From a virus (taxonomy: Duplodnaviria > Caudoviricetes): a stretch of 57,758 bases of DNA. Positions 9,397 to 18,726 of this stretch are shown here, one piece after another; the stretch's first letter is position 1, and every line of letters starts with the position of its first letter. The notes beneath the pieces are model-generated. The model was not told the origin of the DNA. It saw only the letters and a program-made list of their open reading frames with translations, and ran no database searches. The translations under genes and the position numbers were made by a program. Location: IMG/VR virus record IMGVR_UViG_3300020442_000002, positions 1-57,758 of that record; one strand, given 5' to 3'.

Positions 9397-9465
9397 GCAT
9401 GGTAAAATAACCGAATCCTGACATCCGCATGGGGCGGGTGACACTGGCCACGACAGGAGACTCAC

Positions 9466-9867
9466 ATGGCTAACACTACTTTTAACGGACCCGTTCGATC
9501 AGAAAACGGTTTTCAGTCCGTATCTAAAAACGCGACTACTGGTGCAATCACCGTAGGCACTTCTTACAGCGATATCATCACCGGTTCAGTGCAATCTCTA
9601 AGTGGTGCGGGGGCTGTCAATCTCACAGATTTGATTACCGAAGTAACCACAACTGGTGCAGATGCACTGACGCTTGCTGACGGATCAGCCGGTCAAGTTA
9701 AGATCATCACAATGATCGCAGACGGAGGGAACGGAACGCTTACCCCAACAACTCTTGCCGGTGGTACTACAATTACCTTTAATGATGTTGGCGATGGCGT
9801 AGTTCTTGTTTACGGCACAACAGCGGGTTGGGTGGTTGTAGGCAACAACGGCGCAACAATCGCATAA
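9466..9867 (+). CDS. Virion structural protein (head fibre/decoration-like)
   Basis: MANTTFNGPVRS start; G/T-rich beta composition. Confidence 0.65.
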   Translation: MANTTFNGPVRSENGFQSVSKNATTGAITVGTSYSDIITGSVQSLSGAGAVNLTDLITEVTTTGADALTLADGSAGQVKIITMIADGGNGTLTPTTLAGGTTITFNDVGDGVVLVYGTTAGWVVVGNNGATIA

Positions 9868-9880
9868 AGAGGAGCAAAAA

Positions 9881-10153
9881 ATGGCTAACTCAGACGTAAA
9901 ATCAAAACGTCTGACCGGGACAGGCTCCGCTGGTGTGGGGCCTGCTCGCATCCGCCAGATTCAAGTCCTTTCTGCGTCAGGAACGCCCCGTCTTACTGTA
10001 ACGGACGGAAGTGGCGGAAGCACTGTGTTGGATTTGGATTTTTCTGCAAGCGAGACTCACTCGGTCAACATTCCCGATGAAGGCATTAAGGTTTCTGACA
10101 TTTACATTGGAACGCTAACCAATATTACCGCGCTGACGGTGTTTTACAGCTAG
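9881..10153 (+). CDS. Small virion-module protein
   Basis: 90 aa with GAGGAG RBS. Confidence 0.7.
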   Translation: MANSDVKSKRLTGTGSAGVGPARIRQIQVLSASGTPRLTVTDGSGGSTVLDLDFSASETHSVNIPDEGIKVSDIYIGTLTNITALTVFYS

Positions 10154-10162
10154 GTAGTTGTT

Positions 10163-10447
10163 ATGGCGACCACTAAGGACGTAAAAAGGTTACCTTCAGG
10201 ACGATTACAGTACAGAGGTGAGACATTTTCGGGTTACAACAAGCCGAAAAAAACTCCCGGAAAGTCTAAAAAGAGCGCTGTGCTGGCTAAAAAAGGCAAT
10301 GAAGTCAAACTGGTACGTTTTGGCGACCCAAATATGTCGATTAAAAAGTCTCAACCGGGGCGCAGGAGCAATTTTAGAGCGCGTCACAACTGCGATACGG
10401 CAAAAGACAAGTTCACCGCAAGATATTGGTCTTGTAAAGCGTGGTAA
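10163..10447 (+). CDS. Basic protein (DUF6321-like)
   Basis: VRFGDPNM...FRARHNC...ARYWSC motif. Confidence 0.65.
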   Translation: MATTKDVKRLPSGRLQYRGETFSGYNKPKKTPGKSKKSAVLAKKGNEVKLVRFGDPNMSIKKSQPGRRSNFRARHNCDTAKDKFTARYWSCKAW

Positions 10448-10457
10448 GGTGTTAACG

Positions 10458-10661
10458 ATGCAGGTTGAAGAGGTATTGTCTCGGTTAGAGAAACACGAGG
10501 CGGAATGCAATTTGCGATACAAGCGCATTGAAGAGCGATTAGACGACCAAAAAGAGCTTATAGCCCAAAATTCGGAGGCTTTAAGCAAATTAGATTTAAA
10601 AATTTGGGGAATTGCGGTGCTTATTGTGCTTGCACCGGTTGCGGCTAATTTTTGGGGGTAA
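10458..10661 (+). CDS. Coiled-coil protein with C-terminal TM
   Basis: HEAECNLRY...IWGIAVLIV; likely start ATG 10458. Confidence 0.65.
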   Translation: MQVEEVLSRLEKHEAECNLRYKRIEERLDDQKELIAQNSEALSKLDLKIWGIAVLIVLAPVAANFWG

Positions 10662-10662
10662 A

Positions 10663-10899
10663 ATGGGCGGTTGTGGCTCTCGGGTCAAGACAGGACCAAA
10701 AAAAACTAAGCTTCAAGTCACGTATTTGCGAAGCGGAGGAGATGCCTCTGCAAAAAGCAAAGGAAGCAAGATTTGTCCCGCTGGGAAAGCGTGGGCAAAG
10801 CGTACTTTTGACACATATCCTTCGGCATATGCCAACATGGCCGCTAGCAAATACTGCAAAGACCCAAATTACGCCAAAAAAGCCAAGGGCAAGGCGTAA
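10663..10899 (+). CDS. Small basic protein (YPSAYAN motif)
   Basis: K-rich; ATG directly after the preceding stop. Confidence 0.65.
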   Translation: MGGCGSRVKTGPKKTKLQVTYLRSGGDASAKSKGSKICPAGKAWAKRTFDTYPSAYANMAASKYCKDPNYAKKAKGKA

Positions 10900-10902
10900 C
10901 AT

Positions 10903-11223
10903 ATGGGTGAGCTTAAAAAATGGCGCGACCAACAATGGGTTCGCATTGACAGCAGTGGCAACATTGCAGGCGAATGCGGCACTTCCAAAGACAAAACAAA
11001 CCCAGATCGTTGTTTGCCCCGGTCAAAAGCGCAAAGCCTGAGTAAATCCGAAAGAGCTTCTACCGCAAGAAAGAAAAAGCGAGAGGGAGCAAAAGGTAAA
11101 CAAGTAGTAGCCAACACCAAAGCAGCCAAAGTTAGCTTTAAATCCGGCGGCGAGGTGCGTAAGCTGAATAAAGGCTGCGGAGCAGTCCTGTCAAACAGAA
11201 GAAAGCGAACGCGGTATGCCTAA
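10903..11223 (+). CDS. Basic protein (DUF5872-like)
   Basis: LKKWRDQQWV...CLP...RKK; carries FKSGG motif. Confidence 0.6.
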   Translation: MGELKKWRDQQWVRIDSSGNIAGECGTSKDKTNPDRCLPRSKAQSLSKSERASTARKKKREGAKGKQVVANTKAAKVSFKSGGEVRKLNKGCGAVLSNRRKRTRYA

Positions 11224-11792
11224 TGCTAGAGCTAGAACAACAAATTCAGCAGGAAATACGAGGCTGGTCTAGCCACGCCCTTGAAACTCCTCACCCTTTC
11301 TTTAACGACCTTCCGGCGTGTCCGTATGCCAAAAAGGCATGGACTGATGATCGTGTAGGCTTTTCGTTTAGCTATTCCGACGAAAAACAAGGCTTGTACA
11401 CGGCTTTATCGCAGTTTGACGACACGTTTGACGTAGTTTGTTACGTTGAGTTGTTTTACGAACAAGACCCCGAGAAATATCACGAGTATTTGGACGGCAT
11501 CAATGACGCCATATCTATGGGCATTTTTATCCAAAAAGACCTGTGGGTTATGGGATTCCATCCGGAAGATGATCAAGACGAAGAGGTTTTTGACCAAACG
11601 TTTCCACATTTAGTGGAAGATTTGTATGCAATTACGTTTGTTCAAAGGCTTTCTAAGCTGGAAATAGCGGCAGAAAAGCTAAGAGAAAAAGGGTATTATG
11701 AGCAGTACATGAAAGAAGTTTCAACTGCAAACCTTTGGAACAAAAGACAATCGTTATACAGGAGATTATGCGATGGGCGGAGTCAAACCTAA
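11223..11792 (+). CDS. Hypothetical protein (DUF1415-like)
   Basis: CPYAK and FHP motifs. Confidence 0.55.
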   Translation: MLELEQQIQQEIRGWSSHALETPHPFFNDLPACPYAKKAWTDDRVGFSFSYSDEKQGLYTALSQFDDTFDVVCYVELFYEQDPEKYHEYLDGINDAISMGIFIQKDLWVMGFHPEDDQDEEVFDQTFPHLVEDLYAITFVQRLSKLEIAAEKLREKGYYEQYMKEVSTANLWNKRQSLYRRLCDGRSQT

Positions 11793-12024
11793 AGTAGGGC
11801 CGAAGAAGATGCGCAAAGGCGGGGCAGCCAAGAAAAAGCCTGAAAACAAAAGGGGGCCAACCCCAGTACCGTTTCAAGCAAAGCCCTTTCCCGAAAAACG
11901 TGGAGTTAACGCGCCCCCTAAAGCAAAAGTAAAACCAAAAAGAATGCGTAGTGGTGGCGCTGTGAAGAAAATGGCCAAAGGCGGCGCGGCAGTGCGTAGT
12001 TCTTGTCCCTCTAAGAGCTTGTAA
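11773..12024 (+). CDS. Very basic protein with three MxxGG motifs
   Basis: MRKGG, MRSGG, MAKGG; K-rich. Confidence 0.7.
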   Translation: MGGVKPKVGPKKMRKGGAAKKKPENKRGPTPVPFQAKPFPEKRGVNAPPKAKVKPKRMRSGGAVKKMAKGGAAVRSSCPSKSL

Positions 12025-12026
12025 TA

Positions 12027-12692
12027 ATGGCAGTTTCTGGTTCTACAGACTTTGAACTAGATGTAAGCGATTACATCGAAGAGGCCTATGAGCGGTGTGG
12101 ACTAGAGGTCCGCACCGGCTACGACCTTAAAACAGCTAAAAGATCACTTAACCTAATGCTGGGGGATTGGGCAAACCGTGGCCTTAATCAATGGACTATT
12201 GAACAGGCCACGGTGACCCTTACACAGGGGACCGGAAACTATGCTTTAGGCGCGTCTACGATTGATATTTTGAATGCGGTTGTTCGTCGCAGTAATACGG
12301 ATTATGCCCTTGATCGCATTAGTCGTAGTGACTACATCAACATTCCTAGTAAAACTCAGCAGGCGCGTCCGTCACAATTTTTTGTGGATCGTCAAATTAA
12401 TCCTACGTTGAAGTTGTGGCCGATCCCTGAAAACAGCACGGATACGGTCATCATTGACAAGCTTGTGCGCATGGACGATGCGGACACGTACACCAACACC
12501 ATGGATATTCCCTTCCGGTTTTATCCTTGTTTGGCGGCGGGGTTGGCTTATTACCTTGCCATAAAAAAAGCCCCGGATCGTGTTCAGCTTTTAAAGGCGG
12601 TGTACGAAGAAGAGTTTGAAAGAGCGGCTTCAGAAGACCGGGACCGAGCGTCTTTTAATGTCCAACCGACAATGGCTTACCAGAGACCATAG
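12027..12692 (+). CDS. Head-tail adaptor / tail tubular protein (putative)
   Basis: 221 aa, AKRSLNLM...WANRG...LWP; start of the tail module. Confidence 0.6.
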   Translation: MAVSGSTDFELDVSDYIEEAYERCGLEVRTGYDLKTAKRSLNLMLGDWANRGLNQWTIEQATVTLTQGTGNYALGASTIDILNAVVRRSNTDYALDRISRSDYINIPSKTQQARPSQFFVDRQINPTLKLWPIPENSTDTVIIDKLVRMDDADTYTNTMDIPFRFYPCLAAGLAYYLAIKKAPDRVQLLKAVYEEEFERAASEDRDRASFNVQPTMAYQRP

Positions 12693-12694
12693 CC

Positions 12695-13342
12695 GTGGGT
12701 AATTTTGCATCAGGTAAATTTGCTTACGGTATTTCTGATCGCTCGGGACAGCGCTACAAGCTTAACGAGATGAAAAGAGAGTGGACGGGCATGTTGGTGG
12801 GTCCAGATGAGTATGACCCCAAGCAACCGCAGCTTGAGCCTCGCCGCAAAGCCATAGATCCACAGGCGCTGCAAAACCCTCGCCCGGACAGGGTTGAGCC
12901 TTTAGACGTTTTTGTGGGGGTTCCTCTTGTTGAAAATCCCAATTTAAATACTCCGCAAGCATTTGGTAAAGTAGGGGTTGGCGATGTTTCAGTGAGTGTA
13001 GGTGTTACAACTTACGCGATAACGGTGGCCAATCCCGGTTCTGGCAACAAATATTATCAAGCGGGGGTATTGCCGGGAGCAGGCGGGGTAGACGTTAATG
13101 AGGGCCAAACGTATCGATTCGATCAGTCGGATAGCAGTAACGCTGGCCATCCCCTGCGATTTTCAACCACATCTGACGGCACACACGGCGGCGGCAGTGA
13201 GTATACAACGGGTGTAACAACCACCGGAACGCCGGGGAGCGCAGGGGCCTATACCGAAATTACCGTAGCTTCGGGGGCACCAACGCTTTACACATACTGC
13301 ACTAACCACAGCGGCATGGGCTATAAGGTAAATACGGTATGA
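12695..13342 (+). CDS. Virion protein with C-terminal cupredoxin-like domain
   Basis: GHP...YCTNHSGMG His/Cys/His/Met pattern. Confidence 0.6.
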   Translation: MGNFASGKFAYGISDRSGQRYKLNEMKREWTGMLVGPDEYDPKQPQLEPRRKAIDPQALQNPRPDRVEPLDVFVGVPLVENPNLNTPQAFGKVGVGDVSVSVGVTTYAITVANPGSGNKYYQAGVLPGAGGVDVNEGQTYRFDQSDSSNAGHPLRFSTTSDGTHGGGSEYTTGVTTTGTPGSAGAYTEITVASGAPTLYTYCTNHSGMGYKVNTV

Positions 13343-13986
13343 GCTTTACATACGCACAACTAAAAACCGCTATCCAAGATTACACGGAGAACGATGAGTC
13401 TACGTTCGTAACTAACTTACCCGTATTTATTAGAAATGCCGAAGAAAAAATCCTCAAGCTGGTTCAGTTGACGGATTTTCGCAAAAACGCGTCAGGAAAC
13501 CTGACATCCAGCAACCCGTATTTGAACTGCCCCTCGGACTTTTTAGCTCCCTTTTCCTTGTCGTTTACGGCATCCGGGTCTAAAACTTTCCTTGATTATA
13601 AGGACGTAAACTTTGTGCAAGAGTTTGCCCCCGCTTCGGCAACCACGGGATCGCCTAAATATTATGCGTATTTTGATCGGGATAATTTCCTTATTGGCCC
13701 CACGCCAGACGCCGATTACGCGGTAGAGCTTCATTATTACTATCGCCCCGCTAGTCTTACATCTTTGGCGGAAAGTGGCACTTCTTGGCTTAGTGAAAAT
13801 GCTCCATTGGCTCTTTTGTATGGATCTTTAGTGGAGGCCAATATTTTTATGAAAGGAGAGCCCGACACTATGGCGTCTTATCAGCAAAGCTTTGACATGG
13901 CCCTTGCTGGCATGAAGCAGTTTGGAGAGTCTAAAGAGGTGACCGATAATTATCGCACAGGAATGCTCGTAAGACCTAAACAATGA
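13339..13986 (+). CDS. Tail adaptor-like protein
   Basis: TYAQLKTAIQDY...GSPKYY...PTPD...LLYGSL. Confidence 0.6.
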   Translation: MSFTYAQLKTAIQDYTENDESTFVTNLPVFIRNAEEKILKLVQLTDFRKNASGNLTSSNPYLNCPSDFLAPFSLSFTASGSKTFLDYKDVNFVQEFAPASATTGSPKYYAYFDRDNFLIGPTPDADYAVELHYYYRPASLTSLAESGTSWLSENAPLALLYGSLVEANIFMKGEPDTMASYQQSFDMALAGMKQFGESKEVTDNYRTGMLVRPKQ

Positions 13987-14273
13987 TGACGCAAGAGGGT
14001 AAAATACTAGGTGGTGTTGTAGATGTAATGACTACCGATCATCGTGGCTTTACCCCGGAAGAGGTTGCCGAGCGATGCTTAGACAAGATTGTAAGTGTCT
14101 CAGACTCAGCCGCCCCTGAAATACGCGAGCAGGCTAGAGCGTTTAAAGACGGACTTAGGGCCGTCCTTGTGTATTACATGCGAGAAGCAATTCGCAGCGA
14201 CAGAACAAGCGTTTATAACGCTTTGGTTGATGCGGGGCAAAAAGATTTAGCCGATATGATCAGGAGACTTTGA
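13983..14273 (+). CDS. Hypothetical tail-module protein
   Basis: 96 aa, translationally coupled. Confidence 0.7.
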   Translation: MMTQEGKILGGVVDVMTTDHRGFTPEEVAERCLDKIVSVSDSAAPEIREQARAFKDGLRAVLVYYMREAIRSDRTSVYNALVDAGQKDLADMIRRL

Positions 14274-14274
14274 A

Positions 14275-14721
14275 ATGGCTTTTACTGGCAACTACATGTG
14301 TACTTCCTTCAAGAAGGAATTGATGGAAGCTAAACACGACTTTACCAATAGTTCGGGCGACACGTTTAAGTTAGCGTTGTATACCAACAGCGCCAGCTTT
14401 ACTGCGAGTACCACCGCCTACACGGCAACTAATGAGATCAGCGGTACGGGGTACAGCGCTGGGGGCGGCACACTTACGAATGTGACGCCCACTACTTCCT
14501 CTACCACGGCATTTACTGATTTCGCGGACCTAACCTTTAGTACCGCTACGATTACTGCGCGTGGCGCGTTAATCTACAACACCACTGCGGGTTCAGGCTC
14601 TGGAACAACCAATTCGGTGATTGTTCTGGACTTTGGTTCTGACAAAACATCCAGTGCAGGTGATTTCACGATCATCTTCCCTACCGCAGATGCATCTAAC
14701 GCGATTATTAGGATTGCATAA
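14275..14721 (+). CDS. Tail structural protein
   Basis: FKLALYT...GYSAGG...LDFG; S/T-rich. Confidence 0.65.
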   Translation: MAFTGNYMCTSFKKELMEAKHDFTNSSGDTFKLALYTNSASFTASTTAYTATNEISGTGYSAGGGTLTNVTPTTSSTTAFTDFADLTFSTATITARGALIYNTTAGSGSGTTNSVIVLDFGSDKTSSAGDFTIIFPTADASNAIIRIA

Positions 14722-14723
14722 AC

Positions 14724-16094
14724 ATGGCACTTGTTGTCAAAGATCGGGTAAAGGAGACAACCTCCAGTACCGGCACCGGGGCAATCACGCTGGGGGGTGC
14801 CCCAGCTAATTTCGTTACGTTTTCCTCGGTGTTGTCTAATGCCGATACGACGTATTACGCGATTGTTGATAATACCAACATAGCTTTTGAGGTTGGATTA
14901 GGGACCTACGCTAGTTCTGGAAACACGTTGACAAGAACCACCGTGCTGGCCAGTTCAAATTCCGGCTCTGCTGTTGACTTTGCCGCGGGATCAAAAGATG
15001 TATTCATTACCTATCCTGCTGACAAGTCATTGAAACTTGACGCCAACGGCAAAATCGCGGGCGATCAGACATTCTCAGGAGCGGTGACACTGAATGCAGA
15101 TCCATCTTCTGGATTGCAGGCGGCAACTAAGCAATACGTTGATGACACTGCGGCAGAAGGCATTCAGTACCATAGCCCGGTTCGTGTGGAGGAAGATGGT
15201 AACCTCAATGCTACCTACAGTAACGGCTCTTCCGGAGTAGGTGCTACGCTTACCAATGCAGGGACGCAGGCGGCGCTTGTTATTGACGGCATCACAATGG
15301 CGGTTAGTAACCGTGTGCTGGTTTTCGCGCAGACGGACGCCAAGCAAAACGGCGTGTACACCGTTACTAATATAGGCTCTGGGTCCACTAACTGGGTGCT
15401 GACGCGTTCGACAGATACTGATAGTTATGCTCCCTCCGACCCCAATGCTTTGGCGCAGGGATCTGGTTTCTTTGTTGAAGAAGGGGCAACCGGGGCAGGC
15501 CGGAAGTACGTCTGCAACACTGTTGGCACGATCACGTTTGGCACAACTAACATTACATTCGTGCAGGTGGCCACCGCGCAGATCTACACGGCTGGCACCG
15601 GAATCAATGTCACCGGAAGCGTTATTACTTGTGATGCGACCTTGGCGGAGATCACGGCGTCTGGTGCGACTACCGGTGACACGGTTACCGTTGGAGGATT
15701 GGTCGCGGCAAGTCTGACGTACCCCTCCTCAGACGGATCGGCGGACCAGTTCCTCAAGACGAACGGCTCTGGGACGCTAGCGTTCGCAGATGTTCCCGCG
15801 GGCATTGAATCTAACTTCACGGTCCGCACGGCAAACTTCAGTGGCTCTGCTGGCGTTAGATATTACTTGAATACCTCTGGCGGCTCATTTACGTTGACGT
15901 TGCCCGCATCCCCGACTGCTGGAGATCAGGTGGCGTTTGTAGACTACGGTGGCAACTTTGCCACTAACGCGGCGGTGCTGGATAGAAACGGCAGTAAGAT
16001 TATGGGATCTGCCGCTAACATGAACTTGGACGTAGATTATTTTTCTGGGACAGTGGAGTATGTTGACGCCACACAAGGCTGGGTGCTGATATGA
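14724..16094 (+). CDS. Tail fibre protein
   Basis: DRVKET N-terminus, ATKQYVD, NGVY...LTR and LTLPASP modules typical of fibres. Confidence 0.75.
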   Translation: MALVVKDRVKETTSSTGTGAITLGGAPANFVTFSSVLSNADTTYYAIVDNTNIAFEVGLGTYASSGNTLTRTTVLASSNSGSAVDFAAGSKDVFITYPADKSLKLDANGKIAGDQTFSGAVTLNADPSSGLQAATKQYVDDTAAEGIQYHSPVRVEEDGNLNATYSNGSSGVGATLTNAGTQAALVIDGITMAVSNRVLVFAQTDAKQNGVYTVTNIGSGSTNWVLTRSTDTDSYAPSDPNALAQGSGFFVEEGATGAGRKYVCNTVGTITFGTTNITFVQVATAQIYTAGTGINVTGSVITCDATLAEITASGATTGDTVTVGGLVAASLTYPSSDGSADQFLKTNGSGTLAFADVPAGIESNFTVRTANFSGSAGVRYYLNTSGGSFTLTLPASPTAGDQVAFVDYGGNFATNAAVLDRNGSKIMGSAANMNLDVDYFSGTVEYVDATQGWVLI

Positions 16095-16696
16095 GTAACT
16101 TAAAAGATTTTTTAGGCGGCCTTGATCCGTCCGTTTGGACGGATGCAAAGGCGGGTTATTTAGACGCCGCCATAACTTCCCGAGCAGCGGCTGCTACTGC
16201 GCTATCCACGGCAACTTGGACGGGCACCCGAGCGGGTTATTTAGACAACCTTGACGCCACTGTAAGTTCTCGCGCCCCGTCATCTACGGCGCTTTCTTCT
16301 AACGTTTGGACAACAGCCTATAGAGATCGAATTGACGCCAATATTTCTAGTCGCTTAAGTTCGTGCAGTGTGCAACGCCTGTCTACCAGAACATCCGTTA
16401 ACAGCGACAATGACTACGACACGTGGTCAATTAGCTCTGTTAACACAAGTAAGACGTTTTTAACCTGCTCCGCCGGGGGAATTAGCCACGGCGCTTGGGG
16501 CAGCAACGCGGGAGATGCGCATATCTATGCTGGGATAACCGCCAGATTTATTGATAGTACGGACGTTCGTTATGTCATGGGGAGTGTGGAGACGGGATAT
16601 AGTATTTATATCTATTATTTCTCCAGTTGGAGAGCGCCGGGTTTGATGAACAACAACCAGTTTTATAACGAAATAACTACGGTCCAAATATCTTAG
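16091..16696 (+). CDS. Fibre-associated protein with three W..LDA.ISSR repeats
   Basis: Three imperfect ~28-aa repeats in the N-terminal half. Confidence 0.6.
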   Translation: MSNLKDFLGGLDPSVWTDAKAGYLDAAITSRAAAATALSTATWTGTRAGYLDNLDATVSSRAPSSTALSSNVWTTAYRDRIDANISSRLSSCSVQRLSTRTSVNSDNDYDTWSISSVNTSKTFLTCSAGGISHGAWGSNAGDAHIYAGITARFIDSTDVRYVMGSVETGYSIYIYYFSSWRAPGLMNNNQFYNEITTVQIS

Positions 16697-16705
16697 GAAT
16701 TAACG

Positions 16706-17185
16706 ATGCCGTTTTTTTACATTATTGAACCAGATGGGTTGGTGAAGGCAATTACAGAGTGTTATGATGACACCGTGCTGGACATAGACTCGCGCTATAC
16801 GCCCATATCAACAATAACGGCGATAGACGCAGAAGCTGCCGCAGACCCCCATAGCGCTTTAGATAAAATTTATCTTGACGGAGTCTTGTCCCCGGCACCC
16901 GAACCTGAACCCGAACCCGCAAGAGAGACTAGCATATACAGCGTCAATGAATATAAGACGTTGTTTACCCTAGCGGAAAAAGGGGCCCTTTACGGTTCTG
17001 AAGACCCCATAGCTAGGGCTTTAATCGATGAAATGAATACGGCGACATATATAGACACCGCGGACCCAAGAACTATAGCCGGGGTGGACTATTTGATTTC
17101 CGCTGGAATTGTTGATGCTAGCCGCCGAAGTGAAATACTAAGGACGCATCCTGAAGGAGAGGTGGTGTATCCACCTGCGGAATAA
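16706..17185 (+). CDS. Putative tail fibre assembly protein
   Basis: PEPEPEP linker, FTLAE, IDTADP...GVDYL...G...RRSEIL; follows the fibre genes. Confidence 0.5.
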   Translation: MPFFYIIEPDGLVKAITECYDDTVLDIDSRYTPISTITAIDAEAAADPHSALDKIYLDGVLSPAPEPEPEPARETSIYSVNEYKTLFTLAEKGALYGSEDPIARALIDEMNTATYIDTADPRTIAGVDYLISAGIVDASRRSEILRTHPEGEVVYPPAE

Positions 17186-17189
17186 GGGC

Positions 17190-17822
17190 ATGGTCAGCAA
17201 ACCTTCTCGTGGAATAACTCCTGAAGAGGGCACCGAAACGTTTGCCATGCTTGTGCCAATTACGGATAAAAGCATCAAGCTGTATCGCGAATTGTCCGAA
17301 GATGTGTGGGCAATTCAAGAATTTGATCAGGAAGGGCCATACCGAGAAGCGGAAGTAATTCCAATTGTTGCGCCCACTCAAGAGATTACAGAAGAGGGCA
17401 AGTATCGCACATACATTACGGATGCGGCGGACCAAACTTTTCAGCATTTATTAGAATCGTTAGAGGCTACGCTTTCTTTGCACGGAGAGTATTGCGAAAT
17501 ACTTCGGTGCATATTAGTTAGGGTAAAACGCGGGTGCAAGATTTACCCGCACATTGACGAAACTTTTGGCGATTTATCGGTAAAGAAGTATCGAATGCAA
17601 ATTGTAAGATCTAGCAATGAGCCGTTTTTTAACTTGTGCAACCGCACTACGGGGGAAGATACTTTTATTGCTCCGAGAGTAAAGGAGTTAAGAGAAATTC
17701 CTTTTGGGTCCCTTGTTGCGGAAGAAAATATGGGGCTAGACGATAACATCCACATGTTGGCATACGTGCAACCAAAAACAGGACAACAAGCTTTAAAAGA
17801 GGTTGTGGCGGGATGGAGATAA
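17190..17822 (+). CDS. Asp/Asn beta-hydroxylase-like 2OG-Fe(II) oxygenase (degenerate?)
   Basis: GCKIYPHID HxD motif; distal His not clearly placed. Confidence 0.45.
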   Translation: MVSKPSRGITPEEGTETFAMLVPITDKSIKLYRELSEDVWAIQEFDQEGPYREAEVIPIVAPTQEITEEGKYRTYITDAADQTFQHLLESLEATLSLHGEYCEILRCILVRVKRGCKIYPHIDETFGDLSVKKYRMQIVRSSNEPFFNLCNRTTGEDTFIAPRVKELREIPFGSLVAEENMGLDDNIHMLAYVQPKTGQQALKEVVAGWR

Positions 17823-18079
17823 CAAAGGGAGCGGTAGTACGTTATTTAATAAGATTTGGCGACGCAACTAGCCAATGGATCAATGTAGTTTTTTTGTTTG
17901 CCAACAATCCTAATGAATCCATTTCGGGACGCGCATATCGCCAAAGAAACGCCCGCGCATGGCATTACACACAAAAAGCATTAGACCTTATTTTTTGGGT
18001 TTTTGAGAAAGAGCATTGCCGGTTGTCATATGAGGCCGATTTAGATCGCGCCCGAGAGACATTGGAGAAAGCTAACTAA
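17813..18079 (+). CDS. Hypothetical protein
   Basis: SQWINV...NESISGR...HC motif. Confidence 0.65.
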   Translation: MEITKGAVVRYLIRFGDATSQWINVVFLFANNPNESISGRAYRQRNARAWHYTQKALDLIFWVFEKEHCRLSYEADLDRARETLEKAN

Positions 18080-18717
18080 TGGCTTTCGGCATAACTGCTT
18101 TTTCTGAACAGCCTTTTTCAACAACCGTTGAAGGCCCAATTTCTGCGATTGGTGTACAAGGCACCACTAGCGTAGGGACCGTCACAATTGACGGTTTCGC
18201 TGACATTCCAGTTACGGGGCTTGCTGCCACGGGAGGCGTCGGTTCCGTAACAGTGACCGGCACTGCCGATGTGACTGTCACTGGGCTTTCTGGCACTGCT
18301 TCGGTGGGCGATGCGGTAGCTAAGGCAAATGCCGACGTTGGGGTAACCGGTCTGGCGGCCACTGCGTCTGTAAACGCCGCCGCGCCTAGTGTAACGGGAG
18401 ACGCTAACGCCTCTCCTGACGGGGTCAGTGCGTCAGGAGAAGTAGGCTCTGTAACAGTGACCGGCATTGCCGATGTGACTGTCACGGGTCTAGGAAGCAC
18501 GGCATCGGTGGGTAGCGTAGCTGTTAAAGCTGACGCTAATCACGTTGCCGCTTCGTTCTTGCTTCAGGCCAACGTTGGAGTAGTTTCTACTGAAGTAGAG
18601 ACAAACGTTACGGTGACCGGAGTAGAAGCAACGGGGCAAGTGGGATCAGTAAGCCAACAAATTTGGACGGAAATTACGCCTTCTCAGAACGCAAACTGGC
18701 TTGAGATAGCGGCATAA
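18079..18717 (+). CDS. Tail structural protein, V/T/G-rich repeats
   Basis: MAFGITAFSEQPFS start; VTG...VG.V repeats. Confidence 0.7.
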   Translation: MAFGITAFSEQPFSTTVEGPISAIGVQGTTSVGTVTIDGFADIPVTGLAATGGVGSVTVTGTADVTVTGLSGTASVGDAVAKANADVGVTGLAATASVNAAAPSVTGDANASPDGVSASGEVGSVTVTGIADVTVTGLGSTASVGSVAVKADANHVAASFLLQANVGVVSTEVETNVTVTGVEATGQVGSVSQQIWTEITPSQNANWLEIAA

Positions 18718-18726
18718 GGGGACGAC

